Source: an uncultured virus (IMG/VR IMGVR_UViG_3300007770_000006) (lineage: Duplodnaviria > Heunggongvirae > Uroviricota > Caudoviricetes). Taken from it: DNA of 64,000 nt. This document shows positions 38,154 to 46,028 of this stretch, one piece after another (position 1 is the stretch's first letter; each line of letters begins with the position of its first letter). The notes under the pieces were generated by a model. That model was given only the letters and a program-made list of their open reading frames with translations, ran no database searches and had not been told where the DNA came from. The DNA lies in the IMG/VR virus record IMGVR_UViG_3300007770_000006. The stretch is one strand, 5' to 3'. Made by a program: the position numbers and the translations under genes.

Positions 38154-38708
38154 TTAGATTCCGTCGCGAGCTGCTGCCGCGAGCAGAGCGTCGGCGTAGC
38201 CGGCATCCCACGAGAACGCCTCGCCGAGCGAAGCCATCGCCGCCTCGTCGAGCGAAGCCGAGCGCGCCGGCGCGCGACGGCCGGCGAGCTGCCCGGCGCG
38301 CCATCTCGACCAGAGCGGCCCGAGCCGGGTCCAGCTCAGGGCGTAGCCCGCCGCTGACGGCGCGTGCCCGAGCAGCACAGCCGCGAGCCCGCCGAGCTGC
38401 TGCCAGCGCAGCAGCGCCGCCGCTTGGTGTGGGTGGATCTGCGCAAGCGGCCAGCGACCGGACTGATTGTGCTTCGCCTCACACAGAACGGGCACCGGCG
38501 GCAGACTCTCGCGGGCAATCAGCATCGCGTAATCGGGTGGACCGTCTGCGGTCATCACTGCTCGCCAGTGCCCGCCGGGTAGCCGGCCGAGCAGCCGAAC
38601 CGGCGGTGGCGTGCGAAGCACGATCGCGCGGCCCGTCGCGGCGTATCGCCGCGCGTGCTGCTCGATCAGCGCTTCCCACGCTGTGCCGCGTCCGGCGTGT
38701 GTGCTCAC
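38154..38708 (-). CDS. recU: RecU-like Holliday junction resolvase
   Basis: RGTAWEALIE, RTPPP, PDY, EAKH, HPHQ..L. Confidence 0.75.
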   Translation of the reverse strand: MSTHAGRGTAWEALIEQHARRYAATGRAIVLRTPPPVRLLGRLPGGHWRAVMTADGPPDYAMLIARESLPPVPVLCEAKHNQSGRWPLAQIHPHQAAALLRWQQLGGLAAVLLGHAPSAAGYALSWTRLGPLWSRWRAGQLAGRRAPARSASLDEAAMASLGEAFSWDAGYADALLAAAARDGI

Positions 38709-39010
38709 TGCTGCGCCGGCTCGACGGTGATCCCGGCCGGCGTGATCCGGATCTCGGTATCGACGAGGGCGCAGAGCAGCAGAATCGCCGACCAGGGCGG
38801 GATCTTCGACGGGTCGCTGCCCGTCTTCCACTGGCTGACAGACTGCTCGCGCGCGCCGAGAATACGCGCCAGATCGCGATTCTTGCTCGCTTCGGGGTTC
38901 GCGTCAGCGTACAGCCAGGCCAGCTCGGCGAACGCCGAGTGGACCGGCAGCTTGCCGCCGTGGTTCAGCTCGCGCAGCAGCGCAGAGCGGTTCGGGTCGA
39001 TTGTCGGCAT
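38705..39010 (-). CDS. XRE/Cro-like HTH regulator
   Basis: NRDLARILGAREQSVSQWKTG. Confidence 0.75.
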   Translation of the reverse strand: MPTIDPNRSALLRELNHGGKLPVHSAFAELAWLYADANPEASKNRDLARILGAREQSVSQWKTGSDPSKIPPWSAILLLCALVDTEIRITPAGITVEPAQQ

Positions 39011-39038
39011 GATATCGTCCTTCTCGTTTAGATTGGGT

Positions 39039-39611
39039 TCAGCAGATCAGCCGGGACAGAAAGCGATCAGCCCGACGGCGAGCGCTGAATTCGGCACAGC
39101 CGCAGATCTGCGCCAGCTCTGCGCCGCCGTAGCCGGCAGCCCGCGCCATCAGCGCGACCCACTCGGCGTCTGTGGCGCGCTTGCGCAGCTCGCGCAGCTC
39201 GACAGCCGCCGGCCCGGCCGGGCGAACCGTCAGCGAGCGCACCGGAACGTCGACGGTGTGGCGCGAGCTGTTCTGCGGCGCTCGTGGGTGACGGCCGCCG
39301 GCATGAGGGCCGTTGCCGCCGCAGCGCGTGACACGGTGATCGTGCAGCGGCGACTCGGCCAGCCGCTTGCGGCGGGCGCGAATCGCGTTCGTCGTCGACG
39401 CCCGGGCCTGCCACAGAATCCACGTCCACGCCGAGCCGCGGCCCGGGTCGAATTCGCCGAACCGGCGCACGAGCCGGATCACGGTTTCGCTGCGAACGTC
39501 GTCCGGGTCAACGCCGGCCCCGCGGGTCGCGAATGAAACGGCGCGATCGATGTCGGCGACGTGAGAAACGACCCACGCCCATGCGCGGTCGGTGTCGGGG
39601 TTTCGGCTCAT
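39039..39611 (-). CDS. Phage sigma-70-like factor
   Basis: Region 2 DPDDVRSE...FDPGRGSAWTW; region 4 HTH GYGGAELAQICG. Confidence 0.7.
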   Translation of the reverse strand: MSRNPDTDRAWAWVVSHVADIDRAVSFATRGAGVDPDDVRSETVIRLVRRFGEFDPGRGSAWTWILWQARASTTNAIRARRKRLAESPLHDHRVTRCGGNGPHAGGRHPRAPQNSSRHTVDVPVRSLTVRPAGPAAVELRELRKRATDAEWVALMARAAGYGGAELAQICGCAEFSARRRADRFLSRLIC

Positions 39612-40090
39612 GTCTGCTCCTGTGTGTAAGCGCCGTTCCGGCGCGGGATCTGCGGCTCGGGCGAGCCGCTGTCGGGGTAGAGTCGCCGCAGCCGGGCGAC
39701 CGGCAGCAGCTCGATAGATGGCGAGGTGCCGTATTCGTCGGCCCACAGACGGGCGAGGCTGCCGCGCACCGCCGGCGACGGATCTACACAGCCGCGGCGC
39801 AGCAGGAGCAGCCAGAGCGCCCCCTGCACCGGCCCACGGCGGGCGTGCTTCGCGAGCAGCGATCGCAGCCGCGAGTCGAGCGCAGACCAGCGGCCGGCGA
39901 CCCGCCGCATCTGCGCGAGCTGCGCGCCCGTGATCCCGCCGAGCCCGCCGAGCGCGAGTCGTGCGTCCGCTGTCAGCTCGCCGACCGGCGCGAAGCTGTC
40001 GCAGATCGGCGCGAGCGCGTGCAGCGCGCCGACGATCTGCGCCCGGGCGACCCGGCGATCAGGGCAGCGCACCGGCCACCCCCTTCGCAT
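39608..40090 (-). CDS. Hypothetical protein (start uncertain)
   Basis: Stop overlaps sigma start. Confidence 0.4.
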   Translation of the reverse strand: MRRGWPVRCPDRRVARAQIVGALHALAPICDSFAPVGELTADARLALGGLGGITGAQLAQMRRVAGRWSALDSRLRSLLAKHARRGPVQGALWLLLLRRGCVDPSPAVRGSLARLWADEYGTSPSIELLPVARLRRLYPDSGSPEPQIPRRNGAYTQEQT

Positions 40091-41519
40091 CGCTGTCGCC
40101 GATCGCGGCGTCGAGGTCGACGATCCGATCGCAGATCTGCGCGACCGCAGCGCCGAGCGAGCCGCCGCCCACCGTCAGTCCGAAGCACCGCAGCCCGTGC
40201 TCGGCGCGCGCGTCGGCGAGCTGCTGCAGCGTGCTCTCGCTCGCGTCGGCGTGACCATCAGTCACGAGCACGAGATCGGCGCGCGCGCCGGCCGCGCCGA
40301 GCTGCAGCGCCCGCCGCAGCGGCGCGTCGAATGTCGTCCCGCCGCGCGGCGAAACGCCGGCGATCCGCAGCGCGATCTCGGCGACGCCGTCGAGCTGCTG
40401 CCCGGTCGCGAGATCGCGCGCGGTGCCATTCGCTTCGAGCCGGTACACGCGACGAATGGATGCGGCGAAGCCGATGATCGTGCAGGCCCGGCGCTCGTTC
40501 GCCGCGATCCCAAGACACGCGATCGCGATCGCGGCGGCCCACGAGAAGCGCTCGCGACGGCGCATGGACCCGGACTCGTCGAGCATGACGACGATCGGGC
40601 CGCGGCCCTGAGGGGACTTGCCGACGAGACGATACTGCGCGATCCGGCGGTCGGCGAGCTTCGCGAGCTGCACGCGACGCATACGTGGGTGACGCATAAG
40701 CGCGCGCTCAGGCGGCAGAGCGATCGGCAGATCGCCGCCCAGCGTCACGCCGACCAGCTCATCGCGCCCGCGGTCGTCGCGCATGGGCCGCGTGTCCGCG
40801 GCGATCCGCTGCAGCCGGCCGGCGAGCCTCATGATCCGGCGCAGCCGCTCGTCGCGCTGCAGACGCTGCGCGAGCTGCAGCCGGCTGGGATCTTCCTGCT
40901 CGTTCGCCGGCGGGCAGTCGCCGAGCCCGGGCTGGAGCCCGTTCAGATCGGCCGCGGCCGCCGCGGCGCGCTTCGCGGCCGAGCCGGTCGCGGCCCGCAT
41001 CGCGCGGCGAACAGCGCCGGCCGGGTCTGCAGCAGCGCCGCGGACGCGCAGACCGCGATCCCGGCGCTGCTGCTGCTGCTGCTCGCGCTGCTGCTCGCGC
41101 TCGATCGCAGCGAGTGCGGACGGGACCGTGCTCAGCAGCTCGGCCGCGGCCAGCGCCGCCATGTCGGCGTCGCCGGCGGTCTGCTGACGCAGCGTATCGA
41201 ATTCGGGCAGCTCGGCGAGCGCGCCGTGCAGCTGCTGCAGCGTGTCGGTGCCAGCGGCCGGGCTTTCGAGCTGCTGCACGGCGTCGCCGTCGAGCAGCCG
41301 CGCGAACAGCTCGCGGCCGAGGGACTGCGCGAGCCGCCGCTGCCGGCGCAGCTCGGCCGCGTTCGTGTTCGCGCCGGTCATCGCGCGAGTCGTCGCGGCG
41401 ATCTTCGCGCGCAGCGGGTCGATCTCGTGCCGGCGCGTGTAGAGGTAATCCGTCCAGCGGCTGACGCCATAGACGGCGTCGACGTGGCGGGCGGTGCGGG
41501 CTGCGGGGCGGGTCGTCAT
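40059..41519 (-). CDS. VWA-domain protein (ViaA/CoxE-like)
   Basis: GPIVVMLDESGSM MIDAS, GGTTFD, DLVLVTDG. Confidence 0.88.
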   Translation of the reverse strand: MTTRPAARTARHVDAVYGVSRWTDYLYTRRHEIDPLRAKIAATTRAMTGANTNAAELRRQRRLAQSLGRELFARLLDGDAVQQLESPAAGTDTLQQLHGALAELPEFDTLRQQTAGDADMAALAAAELLSTVPSALAAIEREQQREQQQQQRRDRGLRVRGAAADPAGAVRRAMRAATGSAAKRAAAAAADLNGLQPGLGDCPPANEQEDPSRLQLAQRLQRDERLRRIMRLAGRLQRIAADTRPMRDDRGRDELVGVTLGGDLPIALPPERALMRHPRMRRVQLAKLADRRIAQYRLVGKSPQGRGPIVVMLDESGSMRRRERFSWAAAIAIACLGIAANERRACTIIGFAASIRRVYRLEANGTARDLATGQQLDGVAEIALRIAGVSPRGGTTFDAPLRRALQLGAAGARADLVLVTDGHADASESTLQQLADARAEHGLRCFGLTVGGGSLGAAVAQICDRIVDLDAAIGDSDAKGVAGALP

Positions 41520-41549
41520 CGGGGGCTCCTGTGCGTGACATGAAGTCTC

Positions 41550-41566
41550 TAACCGCTTTGCAGTTA
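41550..41566. promoter_or_regulatory. Operator-like site 4, TAACC-gctttgc-AGTTA
   Basis: One mismatch; flanks extend the palindrome (CTCTAAC/GTTAGAG); 30 nt upstream of VWA start. Confidence 0.65.
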
Positions 41567-41632
41567 GAGTCGAGAAGAAAGCCGGGCCAGTTGCCGAGAG
41601 TGTCGCGCTGACCCGGTTACCCGTGGCGGGAT

Positions 41633-42808
41633 CTACAGCCCGAGAGCCGAGAGCATCGCCGGCGTCCGGCGCTGAAAGCGACGGGCCACCGTCTTGCGGC
41701 ACGCGGCCGCCTCGGCGCGCATCGCCGACACGTCGGCGCGCTCGGTCGGGTCAGCGTCGAGCCGGCCGATCTCGCTCTCGATCGCGAGGATCGCGTCCAT
41801 CGCCTTCTCCATGTCGTCGACGCTCGCGCCCTCGCGCAGATTCTCGATCATTTCGCGCGCCGCGTCGGCGAGCTTCTGAGCGGCGGCGAGCGTCGGCGCA
41901 GCACACTCCAGCACGGTCGCGAGAACGGCGGGCCGCTCGTCGTGCTTGCGCCACACGCTGTCGGCGAGCACGCGCAGATCAGACCGCGCGGCGGTCGTTC
42001 GGCCGTTCAGCGCGGCCCGGGCACGAACGAGCCCGACGCACTGCCGCAGCCGGCGATCGCTGACGATGATCCCGTGTTCGTTCGCGAGCCTATCGGCGAT
42101 GTCGAGCAGCGCGTCCAGCACGGGCTCGGGCACGCTGACGGCGCGGGCGTCGCGCTGCAGCTCGCCGATCTGATCTGCGGTCAGCTTCGCGGCGACCTGC
42201 GACGCCGGGTCGGCGCACGTCAGCAGCCGGCGGCGCTCGGCGCGGCTCGCGACGTAGTCGGTCCAGAACCGCATCGTGAAACGGTCATACAGCGCGCCGA
42301 GCGAGCTGTCCGCGGGGTATTCGTTCGACGCGCCGACGCAGATCTGGAGCGGGCAGCGGACGCGCTTGGTGCCGTTGTCAAATTCGCGCTCATTGAGCAG
42401 GGTCAGGAGCGCGTTCAGCGTGCCAGAATTCGCCTTGAAGATCTCGTCCATGAACATCACAGACGCGGCCGGCGCGTAGCCGCTCGTGGCGCGCTCATAG
42501 CGGCCGGCGTCGAGCCCGGCGATATCGAAGGGGCCGAACACCTCGTCCGGGGTCGTGAAGCTGGTGAGCAGCTGCTGGAAGTAGAAGTCATCGCGGCTCG
42601 CGCCCGGGTCGACGGCGGGCGAGAGCGCCGCGGCGATCGTCTGGGTGATCAGACTCTTTGCGGTGCCCGGAGGGCCGAGCAGCAGGCAGTGGGTCCGCGC
42701 GATCAGAGCGAGCAGCACGCCGTCAATTTCGGCGTCGCGGCCGACGAATGCGCCCTTCAGCTCGGCGCGAAGGGTCTGGAGGGCGGTCTGTGCGGGGCTG
42801 GTGGTCAT
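41633..42808 (-). CDS. MoxR-family AAA+ ATPase (RavA-like)
   Basis: LLGPPGTAKS, FTTPDEVFGP, FMDEIFKANS, GASNE, LYDRF, SDRR. Confidence 0.9.
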   Translation of the reverse strand: MTTSPAQTALQTLRAELKGAFVGRDAEIDGVLLALIARTHCLLLGPPGTAKSLITQTIAAALSPAVDPGASRDDFYFQQLLTSFTTPDEVFGPFDIAGLDAGRYERATSGYAPAASVMFMDEIFKANSGTLNALLTLLNEREFDNGTKRVRCPLQICVGASNEYPADSSLGALYDRFTMRFWTDYVASRAERRRLLTCADPASQVAAKLTADQIGELQRDARAVSVPEPVLDALLDIADRLANEHGIIVSDRRLRQCVGLVRARAALNGRTTAARSDLRVLADSVWRKHDERPAVLATVLECAAPTLAAAQKLADAAREMIENLREGASVDDMEKAMDAILAIESEIGRLDADPTERADVSAMRAEAAACRKTVARRFQRRTPAMLSALGL

Positions 42809-42860
42809 CGTCGTTCCCGTGTCGTTCGCGGCAGCGGGCAGTCGCTGCACCCTCAAGGGT

Positions 42861-42877
42861 TAACCCGTTGACGGTTA
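42861..42877. promoter_or_regulatory. Operator-like site 5, TAACC-cgttgac-GGTTA
   Basis: 52 nt upstream of AAA+ start. Confidence 0.75.
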
Positions 42878-43005
42878 CGGGCGAGAAGAATCCCAGGGGT
42901 TCTGTCTCATTTCTCGGCCGACGGTCGAGAGCGCCGGGCTGGCCGAGCAGCACGAATCGCCGGGCCGAACGAGTCGACCCGGCGCGGGTGCGGGATCTGC
43001 GGCGG

Positions 43006-44115
43006 CTACGCCGCGAGCGCTTCGCGCGCTGCGGCGACCTGCTCGACCATGTCGCCGGGATCGTCGGGCATGTCGCCGTCGCAGAGCGACATCCACAGCC
43101 GCCGCAGCTGCGCGGGATCGAGCGCTGCCAGCGTCGTGCGCAGCTTCGCGGCGATCTCGGCGGGATCGCTGGGGGCCGCGTCGCCGGCGGCGCGATCGGC
43201 TTCGCGCTGCTCGGCGTCGCTGTTCGCGCCCTCAATGACATCCTCGGCCAGCTGCTCCATGTCGGAGATCTCGTCCTGCAGATCTTCGAGTGAAACGGCC
43301 AGAGCTTCGCTGTAGAGCGTCGCCCGCGAGCGCAGCTCTGCGAACCGGCGCAGAACGGTGGCCTGAGTGTCCTGCCGCACCCGTCGGGCCGACTCGCGCC
43401 AGCCGTCGATCTGCTCCTGCAGCTCGGACAGATCGTTGCGGACATCGGCCTCGGCGCTGTTCTGCACGGGCTGATCCCAGCCCGCGCCGCGGGCGACGCT
43501 CGCGACGTTCAGCGAGAAGGATTCGAGCGTTTCGAGCGACTGCTGCGCCTTCGCGACGGGCTCGGATGCGGCGTTCATCACCACATACATTCCGCGGCGC
43601 AGAGTGAACGCGGACGCGGCGGCGAGCGCGGGCTGCACGATCAGCGACCGAACGTCATTCCCATCGAGATACTGCTGGCGCAGAGCGACGCGATCGATCA
43701 GCTTCTGAGCGTGCTCGCTCGTGCCGGCGAGCTGCCAGGAGCCCGGCGCGGCCGGCGTTCCCTTGGTCCAGATCAGCGTGTCGATCGGCTCCTTCGCCAT
43801 CCGGCGCGAGCTGCGGCGCTGCAGCTCCAGAATGTTGACGACCACGGAGGAGTCATCGTCGTGGGCGATCACGGCTTCGAGCTTCTTGCCACCGCCGCCG
43901 CGGCCCGTGAATTCGCGAACGGCGCGATTCAGCGCGGCGATCTCGTCGATCTCGCCGATCGTGTCGGGATCGATCCCGGCGACGGCTGCGCGGGTTCGCA
44001 GATCGGCCGGCGTGATCTTGCAGCCGCTGAAGTCCCACCAGACGAGCCGGGCGAGGCTGTCGATCTGAGCGCTCGTGTCGGAAAGCTGCGGGGCGTTGGT
44101 TGGGGTCGTCGTCAT
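43006..44115 (-). CDS. Hypothetical protein, DUF3150/DUF6744-like
   Basis: LVWW N-terminus, LRRGMYVV, helical C-terminus; adjacent to AAA+/VWA. Confidence 0.55.
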   Translation of the reverse strand: MTTTPTNAPQLSDTSAQIDSLARLVWWDFSGCKITPADLRTRAAVAGIDPDTIGEIDEIAALNRAVREFTGRGGGGKKLEAVIAHDDDSSVVVNILELQRRSSRRMAKEPIDTLIWTKGTPAAPGSWQLAGTSEHAQKLIDRVALRQQYLDGNDVRSLIVQPALAAASAFTLRRGMYVVMNAASEPVAKAQQSLETLESFSLNVASVARGAGWDQPVQNSAEADVRNDLSELQEQIDGWRESARRVRQDTQATVLRRFAELRSRATLYSEALAVSLEDLQDEISDMEQLAEDVIEGANSDAEQREADRAAGDAAPSDPAEIAAKLRTTLAALDPAQLRRLWMSLCDGDMPDDPGDMVEQVAAAREALAA

Positions 44116-44169
44116 CGGGTCGTCCTGTGTCTTGCCGCTGCGGCGTCAGCGCCGCGGGCAATCAGTGCA

Positions 44170-44186
44170 TAACCCGTCGCCGGTTA
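44170..44186. promoter_or_regulatory. Operator-like site 6, TAACC-cgtcgcc-GGTTA
   Basis: 54 nt upstream of start. Confidence 0.75.
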
Positions 44187-44236
44187 GCGTCGACGACTTT
44201 TCCTGACTTCCGCGAAGCCGCGCCCGGGCCGGCCGA

Positions 44237-44725
44237 TCAGTCGCGAGCAGTGGCGCGCCAGATCACGGCGGCAGTACCGCCGGCGATTCCGAGCACCAGC
44301 GCCGACTCGACGCGCCCGATCCAGCGCTGCGTGCTCGCTCGCCGCGGCTCGGGCAGCTGTGCCGCGGCGAGCTGACCGCGGCACACGTCGCGGGCCGCCG
44401 TCACGTCGCGCAGCTCGGCCGCACACGCTGCAGCGTACGATCGCAGCGGCGACAGCTCGGCCGCGAGCGACAGCGGCACGGCGACCGCCGAGCACGTCGC
44501 GAGCCCGTCGACACCGATCAGCGCCGGCGCGATCGGCAGTCCGGCCCGAACCGGGATCGCCGCGCTGCACTGTCCGGGCACCGGCTCAAACGGCGCGGGC
44601 GGAACGAGCAGCGACGGCGCGTCGAGCGCCGCGGGCAGCTCGTCGGGCTCGATCCCGTGCGCCGGTCGCGACAGCACCAGACCCGCGCAAGCGAGAGCGA
44701 TCAGCGTCGCGCTGCGCTCACTCAC
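44237..44725 (-). CDS. Exported protein with C-terminal TM, possible spanin component
   Basis: Signal-like N-terminus, Pro-rich segment, coiled coil, C-terminal hydrophobic stretch; follows holin. Confidence 0.5.
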   Translation of the reverse strand: MSERSATLIALACAGLVLSRPAHGIEPDELPAALDAPSLLVPPAPFEPVPGQCSAAIPVRAGLPIAPALIGVDGLATCSAVAVPLSLAAELSPLRSYAAACAAELRDVTAARDVCRGQLAAAQLPEPRRASTQRWIGRVESALVLGIAGGTAAVIWRATARD

Positions 44726-45005
44726 TGGACCCTCCACCGAGCCCGTTGATCTGCGCGGCGACTGCGCCCGCCGGGTCGGCGCTGTCCAGCGCCGTAAGCG
44801 CCGCAGACTCGACGCGATCGGCGCGCGCGGCGCGTTCGTTCGCGCGCTCTCGCTCGGCCGCCGCGACTGACTCGGCGCGGGCCGGGATCGGTTCGGTCGG
44901 CAGCTCGGCCGAGCCGCGCCGCAGCAGCAGCACGAGCACGACGAGCGCAAGCGCAGACACGGCGAGCGCCGCCACGAGCAGCGCGATCAGCGTCGCTGTC
45001 TTCAC
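44718..45005 (-). CDS. i-spanin-like membrane protein
   Basis: N-terminal TM plus Ala/Glu/Arg helix; overlaps holin stop. Confidence 0.5.
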   Translation of the reverse strand: MKTATLIALLVAALAVSALALVVLVLLLRRGSAELPTEPIPARAESVAAAERERANERAARADRVESAALTALDSADPAGAVAAQINGLGGGSSE

Positions 45006-45256
45006 TCGACGACAGCGCCGGGATCGGCCTCGCCGATCGTCGGGTTCGACGCAAGCGCCGCGGCGACGCCCTCGGCCTCCTTCGCGTCGACGTAACCCTG
45101 GCCGAGAATGTAGGACACGATCACAGTGATCGCGCTCGGCAGAGCGACATCCCACGGGATCTCGCTGGTCAGAACCGGCAGGAGCAGAGACATGAGAGCG
45201 CCGAGCAGAGCCATCCAGAACTTGCGGCTGGACAGACGTTCCACGATTTGTTCCAC
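45002..45256 (-). CDS. Holin
   Basis: LSSRKFW, two TM segments, YILGQGYVDA. Confidence 0.8.
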   Translation of the reverse strand: MEQIVERLSSRKFWMALLGALMSLLLPVLTSEIPWDVALPSAITVIVSYILGQGYVDAKEAEGVAAALASNPTIGEADPGAVVE

Positions 45257-45392
45257 GATTCACCTCACTGGACAGTGATAGCGCAGAATCAACGCAGAGT
45301 CGAGCCGTTACGCCGCGGATTCGACTCTGCGAACCCGCGGCGGGTCGACGAGCGCGCACCGGGCCGACCCGTCGCAGCCGGCGGTTCTGTGC

Positions 45393-45464
45393 AGAATGCA
45401 GCCGATCGGGCACGAGATCCGCGGCGGAAGAATGCAGCCGATCGGGCACGAGATCCGCGGCGGA
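45393..45464. repeat. 36-bp perfect tandem duplication
   Basis: AGAATGCAGCCGATCGGGCACGAGATCCGCGGCGGA at 45393 and 45429, partial third copy at 45465. Confidence 0.9.
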
Positions 45465-45557
45465 AGAACGCCGCGGATCGCCGTCTGTGTTCCGGCGGGC
45501 GCAGCGCGGCCGGCGCTGATTGCTTCGATGACTCGATGAACGGAAAGATCGCGCATG

Positions 45558-45968
45558 TCAGATCCCGAGAAGATGCAGAGCAGCTGTCAAAGCCCCTGTG
45601 CATAGAGTACTAAGTATGCCGAGAGCCGCAAGAACGGCGGGCTGACTCAGCACCTGCCGAGTCGTCATCGCGCGCGTCTGTCTGTCCTCGGCTGCAATTC
45701 GTGCAGTCTCTGCCCGTTCGAGAGAAAGCCTGACAACATCGGCCATTAGCCCATCGTCGAGTCTCTGCAGAAGGTGCAGCACCGCGCCGTCCTGCTGTGC
45801 TCGCGCGAGCATGTATGCCCGGAACGGGTCATCGCCGGACATGACGAGAATCCGCTCCTCCAGAGCGTCGACGTGCTTTTCCAGCAGCGCACCCGCTTCT
45901 GGTGTTGCGGCCGCGATCTGGCGCAACGCATCGCGAACCTGCTGCGTCGTCGGCTGTTTCTCGCTCAT
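45558..45968 (-). CDS. Coiled-coil protein with C-terminal TM (lysis-associated?)
   Basis: Helical, C-terminal hydrophobic segment. Confidence 0.6.
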   Translation of the reverse strand: MSEKQPTTQQVRDALRQIAAATPEAGALLEKHVDALEERILVMSGDDPFRAYMLARAQQDGAVLHLLQRLDDGLMADVVRLSLERAETARIAAEDRQTRAMTTRQVLSQPAVLAALGILSTLCTGALTAALHLLGI

Positions 45969-46028
45969 GCCCGTTTCTCCACCCGCTGCGCCGGTCGCAG
46001 ACTCTGCGTGTATCAGTGTGTCACAGAC

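Noticed and set aside
45393..45480. 36-bp repeat as a CRISPR array
   Set aside because: Copies are directly adjacent with no spacers, and there is no cas operon
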